From Tetramitus jugosus (Eukaryota > Protista > Heterolobosea), in the NCBI GenBank assembly GCA_937625935.1, contig OW569392.1, positions 265,989 through 329,988 on the forward strand: a stretch of 64,000 nucleotides of DNA, given 5' to 3'. The notes beneath the pieces are model-generated. The model saw only the letters and a program-made list of their open reading frames with translations. It searched no databases and had not been told where the DNA came from. Shown here in pieces: positions 1 through 13,095 of this stretch; position 1 is the stretch's first letter; every line of letters starts with the position of its first letter. The translations under genes and the position numbers were made by a program.

Positions 1-1258
1 GAATACCATGGTTACTATTGTTTCTGTTACTGTTGTCACCATCTTCACTGTTCAATTCTGTTTCGGTGCTATCATTGCACTGATTCATGTGAAGGAAATT
101 GGTGTTGAGCCAGAGATAGGCTGCTGTTTTCATTGAAGGTTTCAAGAGAGCCATTTTTACATCACCTGACACGATCAACTCCTCTTGATTCATCATATCA
201 ATAACGAACGAACTGTTTTCATTTACATCATTTGTTGTTGCTACATGATGATCATCAGATCGAGTTCTTTGAATGAACTCATCTGACAGATCAAATGAAA
301 CAGCTTGTTCAATCACTGGATACGTTCCCAGATTGTCCACAGCACACTTGTACTGCTCCACAATCAATTGAGAAATTGCATTTTCATTCTCATTGACTCC
401 TTGTTCTTCTTGTGCCTCAAGTTGACGACTTTCTTCTTTACTCGTAGTGGTATCGATACTCTTGCAACCTTCAATCACAATTCGTTCCAATCGAATCACT
501 TGAGTCTTCTCTGGAAATGCACACTTTTCCTTCAAACAATACTGTAAATAGCTCAGATATCGATGTTGACTGGGCAACGTGACACCTTTGCCATCCATGG
601 TTCTCATTCCACCGAATGCACGAGCAGATTCACTTGCAGAGTCACACGTGCCATTCCACAACAGAAAAGCAGAGATCATGAACCCAGTTCTTCCCTTACC
701 TGCTTTACAATTCACAGCAACCACATGTTCATCGTTTTGTGAGAGCCATTGATGAACAGATTGACAAAAGGGAAGAATTTGCTCAAACAGGGGTGGGTGA
801 TGGTCAGAGAAGCGAAAGCTTGCGTTGACAACATTGTTGGATTGCCAGTTCGAAGGGACCAAATCATGATAGGATTGTTCGACGCAAAGATTGTATAGTC
901 GAAAGCTCAAATTCATGTTTTTGTTGGAAGAGGGGTGTTGGTGTTGAAGGTGCTGATGCGGAGGATGATGGTGGTAGGAACTGAAAAAATCAATAATGGA
1001 GGGGAGTGTATTCCTGTAGTGACGTTCGTAATCCGTGCTTGGATACCCAAATGCAATAATCCGCTTTGTAATGTATGTCAGATCCAAATCGAACTTTCCA
1101 TCTTGGAAACGGCGTTTTTGTGCGCTGACCAAGCGCCGTAGATGAATGGACTCATGCTCGGAGATGGTGTCTGTTAGAATTTTGTGTTGAGTTTCTGGGT
1201 CGTTTTTGATGCACTTTGGAAAATAGGGTCGCTTGTGCTTGTGATGATTGTTTGTCAT
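1..1258 (-). CDS. PTEN-like phosphoinositide phosphatase (phosphatase + C2-like region), runs off the window edge
   Basis: Manual translation from ATG at 1258 (missing from the ORF track because there is no stop in the window): LRRLVSAQKRRFQDGKFDLDLTYITKRIIAFGYP, FRLYNLCVE, FSDHHPP (WPD-loop equivalent), P-loop VNCKAGKGRTG, GVTLPSQHRY. Confidence 0.9.
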   Translation of the reverse strand, partial: MTNNHHKHKRPYFPKCIKNDPETQHKILTDTISEHESIHLRRLVSAQKRRFQDGKFDLDLTYITKRIIAFGYPSTDYERHYRNTLPSIIDFFSSYHHHPPHQHLQHQHPSSNKNMNLSFRLYNLCVEQSYHDLVPSNWQSNNVVNASFRFSDHHPPLFEQILPFCQSVHQWLSQNDEHVVAVNCKAGKGRTGFMISAFLLWNGTCDSASESARAFGGMRTMDGKGVTLPSQHRYLSYLQYCLKEKCAFPEKTQVIRLERIVIEGCKSIDTTTSKEESRQLEAQEEQGVNENENAISQLIVEQYKCAVDNLGTYPVIEQAVSFDLSDEFIQRTRSDDHHVATTNDVNENSSFVIDMMNQEELIVSGDVKMALLKPSMKTAAYLWLNTNFLHMNQCNDSTETELNSEDGDNSNRNNSNHGI

Positions 1259-1802
1259 GATGGTGATTCGCGCTTTTTTTGTTGTTGGCAGCAAACAAGA
1301 AAGAAGTCGTTTGGCGGAGTTTGTGGGCAGAAAGTTCTTTGCCCCACAAGACGAGAACGTTAGATGAGTGATAAGGAGGTGTGTTTTGACTGAGTCATTT
1401 CGTGTATTCATCTTCTTCACGCCAGACTTGCATTCTCACATGAACCTTGTGATAGTCATTGATGGTCAGAAAACCAGCGTTGATTGCCTTATGTATAAGA
1501 ACGATCCAACACCTTTTTTTGGTAAAGTTCTCTGGTCAACTCGATATCGATAACTTCCTATTCTTTGAATTGGAACTTTCTTTTCGTTGTATTTTTACAA
1601 AAATTTTTTGTATGGGATCATTGAATGACCTCTTAATTTGTGCTAAGAATGTCTCTCACATTTTTTTGACCAGAGATAGAAGATCCATGAATTGACCCAT
1701 CGATAATACATTTGAACAGTACCATCAGGATTGCAGAAACCAAAAACAATCACATAACAACAGAGAATTGTACAGGTCCAATTCAGAATTCAGAACAAAA
1801 AA

Positions 1803-3267
1803 ATGTCATCATCAACTCATGACAATTACATTGTTTCTTACTACAATTCTCACAGTGAGGAATATCTCGTGAATCATAGTAGTTTGACAAGCTCTGGTAA
1901 GGACGCCAGTGGATCTGGTGGAAACATTTTGTATTCTTTTTTGAAGGTTTGTAATTTATGAGAAGGAGTTGTTTTGTACTTTAACAAGTTTACTGACGCT
2001 TGACCATATTTTTGATTGATGTGTACAGCAATTGAGACCAGGAATGGATTTGGTGTCTCTCAGTTGTCCTTCATTTGTTCTCTCTCCGTTTAGTTATCTG
2101 GAGGCAAGAACAGATTATATCGCGCCATTACCATGCCTATTGAACATTAATCATGAACCTGATCCTGTCAATCGATTCCTCAGAGTATGTCAATGGGTCA
2201 TCAGTTCACTCACGTTTATTCCATCGTATGGTGTAGCAGGTGTGAAGCCATACAATCCAATTCTTGGTGAACGATACAGTTGTATCTATACTTTTGACAG
2301 TAACGCACGCGGTGGTGGCAGTGGAGATCGAAACAAGTACACTGATAGTACTTATGCTTATGCAGAACAAGTTTCTCATCATCCACCAATCTCTTCTCAG
2401 TACATGTGCAATGATGAGCATCAATTTGTTTATACAAGTACAAGCCAATTTCAAGTCAAGTTTAGAGGAACATTCGTGGAGACTCAAATCATTCCTGAAG
2501 GTCCATACGGTGTTCCTACACTCGAGCTCACTGGGATTGGAGAGAAATATGTCATTACGTATCCCAATATTGTTGTCACTGGTTTATACTGGGGAACGAC
2601 TCAAGTATCTCACGATGGAAAATGTAGCATTGTTTGCGATCGAACCGGGATGGAGCTCAGATTAAATTGTTCATCCAAGAAACATGCTGTCGAGGGAGAG
2701 ATTTTAAGCTCTGGTAAAAAGTTGTTTACTGTGAGTGGAGGATTGGACGGCACAATCGAGTTTAAGGACTGTTCAACGAAGAAAACTGGTGTGTTGGTTG
2801 ACTCTAAAAATATTGAGTTTCCGAAGAAACTTGTGAGACCATTGTCTCAGCAGGACGAGATGGAGAGTAGGAAGGTTTGGGATCGTGTAACACAAGCCAT
2901 TGTTCGTCAAGACTTTGAAGCTGCATCGAGAGAGAAGAATTCGTTGGAAGAGGAGCAGAGGTTGAAGAGATCCAAGATGGATGTAAGTAAGTATGAGCCA
3001 GCCTGGTGGTCCAAACAACTGATTCAACAAGATGCGAATACAATGGTGCCAAATTATGTTTTCAAGGGACAAAGGGTTGTGAATGAACAGAATGTCGGAC
3101 AAGAGTACCACTGTGTTCAGAAGAAGGATTCTTTCACCAATTATGTGCGAAAACATAGTTTTGAACTCGTGAGAAACAATCAGGCTGAGGAGCAACAACA
3201 AGGTCATCATGTGACTCACGGTTTCACTCAACCATTGCTCCACAACCACTCTGTTCATCAAAAATAA
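1803..3267 (+). CDS. Short oxysterol-binding protein-related protein (Osh4/Kes1-like), 2 exons
   Basis: KPYNPILGE and EQVSHHPP OSBP signatures. Exon 1 is 1803-1946. A GT-AG intron at 1947-2028 with TACTGAC branch site splices in frame. Confidence 0.92.
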
Positions 3268-3403
3268 ATATCACTCACTTTTACCCTGTTCAATCAATGA
3301 AGCGCACTTGTCTCTCATCTTACTTTCACTATGTTGTATTTTGGAAAGTGGAGAAAAACATTTCACCGACTTCCAATCAGAAAAAAACAAAAAACAAAGA
3401 GTG

Positions 3404-6400
3404 ATGAACATCAACCAGCGGAGTTTTAGCTCTCACCAACAACAACTTCGGCCTTGGAATGGGTTTGGCTTCTCCCATTCTCTGGACATGGAAATGACAG
3501 ATTATCATCCAACATTCAATCCAAACAGTGAACCTGGTAAACCCATCAATTCCATCATTTTCAAATATTATGATGTGGAACGTTTGGAACAAAAATTATC
3601 AGTCAAAATGTATGGAGCTTATTATGTCTGTTCTGCAGATATCTGTGGGTGCATCCAGTTTTTTGTTGGATGTTCCATTTTTTTTGTTGTCGTTTGAAAT
3701 TTCAATTTTTGTTTACTTGATAATGATGTATATTCACTCTGCATGATCATCCATCATCGATCGAACACGCACACATATTTTGTGTGTCTATAGACATTCA
3801 ATCGAAGGAGACGTATCACAATTCTTTAAGCCATTGTACAATAGTGAGAGTGAGGCCTTTAGTGGATGCATGTATGTGGAAGTTCGTCTGGAACACAAGT
3901 CATTCTTTGGTACGGGATTCAACAGTTTGCAAGACAATATTCCATTGTGCTTGCCCAAGAGAACTCGTTTTATTAATTGTATGGATAACAATTCGATGAG
4001 TGGTGGTAGTAATAGTCATCATAGTAGTAGCAGTGCCACAGGCATGAATAATCAGAATAACATGAATACGGGTAGTGGTAGTGCAGGTGGAAAAGTGTGG
4101 GATGAGTGGATTCATTTTAAAGTCAAGTACAATGAACTACCAGAGGAAACTGTGGTACATTTTATTGTCTGGGACGTGAGTGAGCCAATGACACAGACTG
4201 TGATTGGAAGTGCTACTTTTCCCTTGTTCGGCAAGAAGGGTAAATTGAAGACTGGACCATTTAAAGTGTGTTTGAATTTGTTTGAGGAGGATTCGACAGA
4301 GTTGAGTTCTCACCTACGTGCAGGTGACGATGATTTGGTGAAGATTGAACAGTTGGCTCGCTGTGTGTCATCTGAATACAGAATCGAGTGGCTTGATCGA
4401 TACACTTTCCAGAAGATGAAACGGATAAAGCAACGAAGAGTGACAAACGGTTCGTGTAATACACTATTGTTGAATATTGAACTACCAATGTTTGAACATC
4501 CTGTGATGAATAGTCAGTTATTAGATATGAGTTCTCAAGGCTCGCAGCAGCTGAATAATGTGAATTCCCTGTCGGCATCAGAGTCAAGGACCGAAATTGA
4601 TACATTGGCAGAATCACCACGTGAGTCTCCCCCTGATATATTTGATGCCCTGGCAGGCTCGAGTCATTTTACATCAGAACAAATCCCATATGAATCAAGT
4701 AAGAGTAAGGGCAATGATCAATTTCGTGTCGAGTTTACCATGCGACAATTGGATTGGATCGATGATGGAGAGGTAAATCAGGAGAACTTGGTCGAGCAGA
4801 AACATTTGAAGTTGTCGATTGGTTTGTCGAGTGGTCTAACAGATCACGATTTGAAACCAAACGCAGAGCAAACGAGGAAAATACAACGAATTCTGGACTA
4901 TCCACCTCTACACGAAACATCTATCGAAGAGAAGAGTCTATTGTGGCGATTTAGATACTATTTGAGATCAAACAAGAGAGCATTGATTAAGTTCTTAAAA
5001 TGTGTTGATTGGGGTTATATTAAAGAAAGTAAAGAGGCAACAAAACTTATTGAACAGTGGGCAGAGATTGGTACTGTTGATGCGTTGGCTTTGCTCAGTC
5101 GGTTCTTTAAGAATGTGGGAGTTGTTCGAGATTATGCAGTAAATATACTGCGCAATGCTGAAGATGAAGAAATATTGGATGTGCTGCTTCAACTAGTGCA
5201 AGCATTGCGATATGAAATTGATAGTTCTCAGGGTTCGTCTCTCATGAATCAAACAGGTCTCGAAAATTCCAATTTGGCCAAGTTTTTATTTATGAGAGCA
5301 ACAAACAATTTCGTCATCGCCAATAATCTTTACTGGTACTTGAGTGTGGAGTCTGAGGGGCCAAAATGTGGTGCAATGTTTAGTGAGCTCCTACACAAGT
5401 TTAGTCTTTTTTTAAAGAAGAACAACCTGGAATATCTTGAGAAACTCTTGAGACAACACAGGCTTGTTCAGAAACTGAGGGAGCTCGGTAAATCGATCAA
5501 GCAATTAAAGGAGATTAGACCCAAGAAGGTAGTTGCACTGAAGAAAATTCTGGCTACAAGAGAAGCTCCATGGGACTGGGATGTCATCTTTACGTCAAGC
5601 ATCTCACCAAAGTTCCCTTCGAGTCCACTTACGCTACCCCTATCACCCACAACACTCGTGACTGGTATTTATGAAGACAAGGCCAATATTTTCAAGAGTG
5701 CCATGAGTCCTCTTTTAATTCCTTTTAAGGAACATACGGGAGAAACATATCATACCATTTTTAAGACTGGTGATGATTTGCGTCAGGATCAACTCATTAT
5801 CCAGCTCATCACACTCATGGATAAGTTACTCAAGAGAAATGGTTTGGATCTAAAGTTAACCCCCTATCCGGTACTGGCGTGTGGTCAATCCTATGGATTC
5901 GTAAGGTGTGTCTCTCCTAGCATCGCCATTTCTCAAGTCATTGCTCAAGGAGATATCAAGTCCTACCTCCGAAAGTACAATGATGATGATTCGTTCGATC
6001 AAGCCTGTCTCAATTTCATTCATAGTTGTGCTGGCTATTGTGTGATCACATACATTTTAGGTATTGGTGATCGTCATCTGGACAATGTACTTCTCACTCC
6101 TAAGGGCCACATGTTCCACATTGACTTTGGTTTCATCCTCGGTCGCGATCCAAAACCGTTTGCTCCACCAATGAAGTTATGTAAGGAAATGGTTGAAGGC
6201 ATGGGAGGCTCAAACTCCGAGGGATATATTACCTTTAAACAATTGTGCTGTACCGCGTACAACATTCTCCGGAAGAATGCCGATTTGATCCTAAACATGT
6301 TTATTTTAATGGCTGACGCTTCCATTCCAGACATTGAGCACAATGCCAATTCGGCAAATGGTCAGTCAACAGGCAAAGCATTGGACCCCCTGAAGAACAT

Positions 6401-6548
6401 GATGAAGGTACAAGAGAAGTTTAAACCGGAGCTCAACGATGCGCAAGCGATTATATTTATGCAGAGTATCATCAACGAGAGCGAGAAGGCGTTGTTCCCT
6501 CAGGTCACGGAAACAATCCACAGGTGGGTGCAGTACTGGCGGAGCTAA
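3404..6548 (+). CDS. VPS34: Class III phosphatidylinositol 3-kinase
   Basis: C2, helical and kinase domains (FKTGDDLRQDQL, GIGDRHLDN, HIDFGFILGRDPKP, C-terminal HRWVQYWRS). Intron 3610-3793 (GTATGG...TAG) joins ...LSVKI/HSIEG. The start could be 3404, 3488 or 3494. Confidence 0.95.
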
Positions 6549-6695
6549 ATTAAGAGCCTTTTTTGTCATTCTCGACCTAAAAAATTGTTCCGTCGGTGAA
6601 TCAGCTATACCGTACAGTTTCCAACAGCGAGTTGAAAACGCTGTGGTCCGACGTACCACTATTCGTGTGCGAATAACAACAATATTGGGAGAAGA

Positions 6696-9600
6696 ATGGG
6701 ATTGAGAACTATTGTTGATAAACGATTGTACATACTCTGTTTTACAATATTTGCAGCAACAATTCTTTTCAATGTCGGTCGGGTTCACTCTTTATCTCTC
6801 ACATTTGGTCAGAGTTGTCCTCTCACAGGGGTTACTGCAGGCTTAGGTATCAATATGCGATATGGAATTCAAGCTGCTTTTCAACAGATCAATGATAATG
6901 GTGGTGTGAATGGTCACACGCTAGAGTTGGTTACCTTGGATGATGGATATGACCCAGGACCATGTCTGGACAACACGAAACAGTTTTTGCAGAACAGCAC
7001 CATATTTGGCTTAATAGGTTATGTCGGTACTAGTTCATCTCAGACAGTTATTCCTTACACTGTGAATGCTTCAGTTCCTTTTATTGGTCCACTAACGGGA
7101 GGCGCCACAATTCGATATCCCTTTCGGAAACCAGTTTTTAATATTCGTGCTTCTTATGCAGGTATGTTTACATTCTGTTCAGATCTTTCGTGATGATATT
7201 TACAAGTGAGATTAACCAACTTTCAGACGAAACTGCTGCAATGGTAAATTTTCTCATCAACACACTACAGAAACGGAGAATATCAATCATGTATCAAGAT
7301 GATGCTTTTGGTTATGCAGGTTATGATGGTTTAGTAAATGCTCTTCGAGGTGTGAAGGTGCCCTTGAGGAGTGAGGGAAAGTTCCCTAGAAATACTTTGG
7401 CTGTTGAAGGTTTAGTAAGTACCATCGCAACAGGCAAGCCTGATGCCGTTGTCCTGATTGCCACTTATGCTGCCGCTGGAAAATTTATTCGTCTTGCCAG
7501 AGCGTCTGGCTTGTACAATTCTGATATCACATTCTTTACTGGCTCTTTCGTTAGCTCTGCATTGTTTGCTGAGGAAGTTGGAGAGGATTACAGGAATATT
7601 TATGTGACTCAAATCGTTCCTTCTCCCGAGACAATAAGCATGAAAGCTGTCAGAGATTTTAGGGACGCTATGACTCAATATTTTCCTGGCGTTCCGTTGG
7701 ATTATGTTTGTCTTGAGGGCTACCTCAGTGCCAATTTTGTGATCGAAGTTTTACGAAGACTAGCTGTCTTCACTCGTGACAATTTTATTGCGAGTGTCTA
7801 TGATATTGGTGAATATTTTTTTGGAGGTTTAAAGTATGGCCCATTTCGAGATTCTTGTTCAGACTCTGGCGATTGTGAGTGTAATCAAGGTCTTCGTAGT
7901 GTTTGGATGACTCAATTATCTGCAAACCACACCTACAGTATTATTCCAAGTGGGTATTGGTCATGGAGCACATGCCAGTCTGATCCAACCTCGATCAAAA
8001 CTCCAATTATATTTGGTCAAAGTGCTCCATTAACTGGCTCTTTAGAGTTTGTTGGAAATTCAATGAGGGCCGGTATTCTAAGCGCGTTTGCTGAATATAA
8101 CGAAATAGGGGGATTCAATGGACGCGTCTTACAGTTGATTTCTTTGGATGACATGTATGACCCAGCTAAAACAACGAATAATACAATTGACTTCATTCAA
8201 CGAGAGGGGGTTTTTGGGCTGATAGGATATGTTGGTACTGCTACAACGTTGGGATCACTGGATATGATTAGAACTGCTAACATTCCGCTGATTGGGCCTT
8301 ATTCAGGGAGTAGGTTACTTCGATCCCCATTCTCAGAGTTAAAGAATGTGATTAACATTCGTGCGTCCTATGATGACGAAGTAGCAGCAGTGGTAAAGTA
8401 TCTAATCACTTACAAGATGGTGTTTCGAATAGGAGTCTTGTATCAAAATGACTCATTTGGAACGTCCACGTTAGATGGTTTAATGAAAGCTTCAAATTCT
8501 CTAGGGATCTCTGTTGTTGCATTGGGAACATATTTGAGAAGTACTTTAGATGTAGAGAATGCTGTCGATTCTATTCTCGCATCTAAACCAGAGGCAGTTG
8601 TTTTGATTGGTCAAGCTAAACCATTAGCAAAGTTCATACGATTGGTGAGATATTCGGGAGTTGAAAATGCAGATAGAATAATCTTCGCTACCATCAGTTT
8701 TGCAGGATCAACAAATTTTTCCAAATTGTTACTTGCAGATGGTACTACAAATGAGGTATTCATGACAGAAGCTGTCCCCTATCCATTTGATTCTAATATC
8801 CCAACTATAATGAAGTTTATGGAGCAGTTGAACAAAACTTCTCCGGATACTGCAGTTAGTTCAACTAGCCTTGAGGGTTACTTAGCAGGCAAATTAGTGA
8901 CAAATGTTCTCTCTGAAATGGCTCTATTGTCAACTCCTCTAACTGCAAGTAATTTCATTAGTTCCTTGTATACTATCTCTTCTTTTTCATTTGGTGGAGT
9001 GACATTGGGCTCGTATATTGATGGTTGCAGTTCGCTTGGTGTGGTAGCTCCTGCGAAATTCAAAATTAGTTCATTATTGATTGGAACTTACAGACCCCCA
9101 GATATGAGTGCAACCACGCGATCTATCATGAATTGCTGTAATCAGGGAATGAGAGAAGTAATAATGGTCAATATCTCATCTTCGGGAGCGTTTCAACTTA
9201 TTCCTGAAGGGCACTTGTCTCATCCACTCACGTGCAATTTGAATGTAGATTCGCTCAAGGCACCTATTACCTTCGGTTCTGACGCACCGATAGATCCGGA
9301 TTCATCTCAGGTACAATTTCATCAAGGCGTCTTGACTTCATTTTCGATAGTGAACTCTGCTGGTGGACTGGACGGAAGACGCTTGAATTTAAAATTCTAT
9401 TCTGATAATGGAACAGATGCTTCCTACATGTCCAACCTGGCGACCATGTTTTCTCAAGATAAAATCGAAGGAATTATAGGAACAAGAAAGAGCGCACCAT
9501 TCGAGGAAATACTGTCCCTTACCAATAGAACATTCCCGATAATAGCACCTCAAACTGGCTCCTCGCGGATTAGGAATAGTTATGTGAAGAATTTTATCCA

Positions 9601-11581
9601 TGTTCGACCTTCCCTGAAAGACGAAGCAGCTTCGATAGCTACATTACTTACTAATTTTTTTACGTTCAGTGGAAGTATTGTTGTTTATGTTCAACCGAAT
9701 GACCCTTATTGGATTGAAGCTTTTAATGCTTTTTCTAAATACATGAGAACAGTACTGCGAAAGTCATTCCACTATGAGTACATTGATGAATCTACGTTCT
9801 CAGCAAGGCGCATTACTGATTCATCAGAGTCGCACCAGAAAAAGAAAGCTGTTGTGATATTTGCGAGTGATGATGTCATTATTGCGGCATGCAAACACGA
9901 GCTCATTTCCTCTGATGATTCAAAGATTGTTCTGCCATACGATGTACATTTGGAGCATATCATCAGTGAAGTAATTCATAGTTTGAATTACAGTGATTCA
10001 ACTTTCATGCGATCGCGAATGATAGTGAGTACTTCTTTCTCTGAGGCTCGGCTTATGGAAAAAAATCCAGAGCTATATCGAACTTATTACTATCAGATGA
10101 AAGATAGCGGGTCACCGCTCACGATTCATGCTTTTGATGGATTCATGACAGGGCTGTTAATGATCGATGTGTTGTCCCGAGATTCAACGAGTAGCTCCTT
10201 GCTTGACAATCTCTACTCAAGTGGCGCTTTTTCGATTGGAGGACATACATTAGGACCTATTGGTCAGAAATGTGAATCAATCAATGCTCAGTGTGCATCT
10301 ATAGCCTTTTGTAGTTGTAATCAGCTCGCAAGACAAGTTTTCCTCTTATCGGTCAACAATCCTGCAAACCTAGACTATCAATCCCTTTATACATTTGAAT
10401 TTAAAACTTGCGGCGTCATCTTCCCGGTGGCAAAGATCAACTATACACCATTAATCATCGTATTGGTTATTGCATTCGCTATCCTAGTTTTTATTATGAT
10501 TGTTGCTGCCATTGGTGTCTGTCAATATTCAAGGCTGAAAGAAACAATGTATGCTCCTAAATCTGGCAATCTGGTTGTGGCATTTACAGATGTTCAAAGT
10601 AGTACAAAATTATGGCAGAAGAATCCAAAAGAAATGGAGAAAGCTCTAAAAGTTCACAATCAAGCCATGCGAATACTAATCAATAGGTATGAGGGATTTG
10701 AGATAAAAACTCAGGGCGATTCTTTCATGGTGGCCTTCTCCTCTCCAGAGAATGCTCTTAATTGGGCCTGTTCTGTTCAATTAGCTCTTTTAGACCAGGA
10801 TTGGTCTACGCAGCTAGTTTCGATGTATGATTGCCGAATACAATTCGACCGATACAAGAGATTGATTTACAAAGGTTTGCGTGTAAGAATCGGTCTGCAT
10901 TTTGGCGAGGCTCAACGAATATTGGATCCAGTCACGAGACGTCCCGACTATTTTGGTACCACTGTCAATAAGGCAGCGCGATGTGAAGGAGAGGCAAAAG
11001 GAGGGCAGGTCTTGATAACTGAAGAATTTTTTCAACAAGTGACCCATATGTTGCAGTTCGAGGAAGATGATGCAACTGATGATACCCCTTCGATTATCTC
11101 ATCACCATCTCATAGCAGTACACCAAGTGGTAAAAAGAGAAGGAGAACGAAAAGTGGGAAGGATATTCTTTATCGGAGGGGAAGTATGGGTGGTCTCTCG
11201 GAAGATTCTGATTCAACAAATCTCAACACCAGCGAAGATTATGTTTCTTGTCGACTATTAGGAACATTCCAATTGAAAGGACTCACGGAAAGAGCTATCT
11301 TGTACGAAGTAATTCCATCGAGTCTAAAGTTGAGAACATTCGATAACTCGAAAGATTCCGATTTGCAAGCGCGGATAGACGAGTTTGTCGACAACAATCT
11401 AGCAATCGAACATGATCAGCTACTAGGCAAGCTATCACAGAATCAAGTAGTTCCGGCGACCGAACACTTCTCTTCTGACAATCCATACTACCTAACTCTT
11501 GAGGTGACCCCACAAAATGACGATGGACATCCTGTTGCGAGCACAGACTCGCTGGAGGAACACAATCAAGAAGAATTCTAA
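6696..11581 (+). CDS. Receptor-type adenylyl cyclase: signal peptide, three periplasmic-binding-protein (Venus flytrap) modules, one TM helix, class III cyclase domain
   Basis: Intron 7162-7226 joins the two ORFs (RASYA/DETAA). Repeated GQSxPLTG...GGxNG..L.L..LDD.YDP modules. Cyclase motifs FTDVQSST, EIKTQGDSFM, DYFGTTVNKAARCE. Confidence 0.92.
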
Positions 11582-11586
11582 GTAAA

Positions 11587-12930
11587 TTATTCTAATATTT
11601 TATGTGTGTCACATAGATTCTTCTTGCTTCGTTTATACTTCCAAGTGTTCAATATTTGTTTTATCAAGTGCAAGGCTCGCTCTACTCTCAACAAATCACG
11701 TAAATAAATTCGAGTTTGTCCTGTATGATAGTACAACGCCAAGTTGTTTCGTCCATTGTTAGTTAGTTTGGAATTGTCATGTAAATCCAACCATTGAAAG
11801 TCTGGACTATGACTATGTTTTCCATTCAACATAAACAGAAGAAACCTCTCCATTCCTGCATCTCCAATCATATTTTCAGAGAGATCGATTGTCCGGATCA
11901 GATTTTCACCAGTCAACAGTGAATAGGTTAGAAACTTGATTCCTTCGTCTCCTACTGAACATCCTTTCATAGATAGATGATGAATATTAGAAAAACTCGA
12001 TCCTGTGCATATTGAACGAAGTGTTTGATCTGTTAAAGAAACATTCTTGTTCAGTATCAGAGAATTCAACCGTTTCAAGATGGTAAAATACTTGGCTGAT
12101 TCATCCGTAATGGCTGTTGAAGAAAGGTCTAAATGAGAGATTTGAGGGAGGTTCGAACATATTGATGCTACTCCTTGGTCAGTGATGTCATTGTATTGGA
12201 GTATTAACTTCTCGATAATGTTGTTTATCCCCAGCAATTGGGGCGACTGTATTAGATTGTATGAAAAATCCATGTAGCAACTTGATGTAAGGCTGATTAT
12301 TGAACAAAATTGTTGATCATCAATACTGGCAGAGTGATAACCATCATATGAAGGACTAGCACTATTTTCGTCAGGTGTTTCAATTTCATTCGTTTTCTGT
12401 TCGTTCCTATTGCCATCGTTGGGATATTCTAGAGGCAGTACTGGTGTTTCATAGATAACGTGAGGAAATACCTTCCTTATTGTTCTTCTCTGATCATACT
12501 TAAAATATCCAAACGACACCAACTCATTCCTCGAGTTGAATCTCTCGTCATCATGAACGAAAAAATAGGGATACCACATGAAATAATCCAATTGATACAT
12601 GGATAATATATTCATAATCGCCTTATGCGGTAGTTTCGAAAACATTTGCCCGTCGTCAATGACCACATCATCGCTTTCCATGACATGAATATCTCGAGGA
12701 TCCAACCATTTTGCTCTCTCAATTAAGTCATCTAATTCTTTCAGCTCTAATTGGATGTTCCGATGATTTAACATACTTTTCTCACCTAAGGTAGCTCTCT
12801 TCACAATAGAGAACTCTTGATTGGAACCGTTGAGTCCTTTTCCTAACAAATGAACTGTTTCGAGCATTCTCTGCTCAAACCGTTGAATAATCGAGCTCAT
12901 TCCATCAAGATAATGAGCCATGTTGTTCAT
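11587..12930 (-). CDS. F-box-like/leucine-rich-repeat protein
   Basis: LRRs (LxxLxLxxNxITDxG repeats) and an F-box-like segment FSKLPHKAIMNILS. The first ATG downstream of the tRNA terminator is at 12930. Confidence 0.75.
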   Translation of the reverse strand: MNNMAHYLDGMSSIIQRFEQRMLETVHLLGKGLNGSNQEFSIVKRATLGEKSMLNHRNIQLELKELDDLIERAKWLDPRDIHVMESDDVVIDDGQMFSKLPHKAIMNILSMYQLDYFMWYPYFFVHDDERFNSRNELVSFGYFKYDQRRTIRKVFPHVIYETPVLPLEYPNDGNRNEQKTNEIETPDENSASPSYDGYHSASIDDQQFCSIISLTSSCYMDFSYNLIQSPQLLGINNIIEKLILQYNDITDQGVASICSNLPQISHLDLSSTAITDESAKYFTILKRLNSLILNKNVSLTDQTLRSICTGSSFSNIHHLSMKGCSVGDEGIKFLTYSLLTGENLIRTIDLSENMIGDAGMERFLLFMLNGKHSHSPDFQWLDLHDNSKLTNNGRNNLALYYHTGQTRIYLRDLLRVERALHLIKQILNTWKYKRSKKNLCDTHKILE

Positions 12931-12975
12931 AAGAGTAAGTTGGTTCTGTCTTTGTTTCACCAAGAAAAAGGTGTT

Positions 12976-13049
12976 TGCGGGTTGTGAGGATCGAACTCAC
13001 GACCTTAGGATTATGAGACCTACGCGACTACCAGCTGCGCCAAACCCGC
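12976..13049 (-). tRNA. tRNA-Met (CAT), elongator type
   Basis: Reverse complement folds as a cloverleaf: acceptor GCGGGTT/AACCCGC, anticodon loop CTCATAA, T-arm GTGAG-TTCGATC-CTCAC. A T-run Pol III terminator follows just downstream. Confidence 0.96.
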
Positions 13050-13095
13050 CTATATTTGGATGTCACCAATTTGGATATCACACAGTGGTTTTGGT

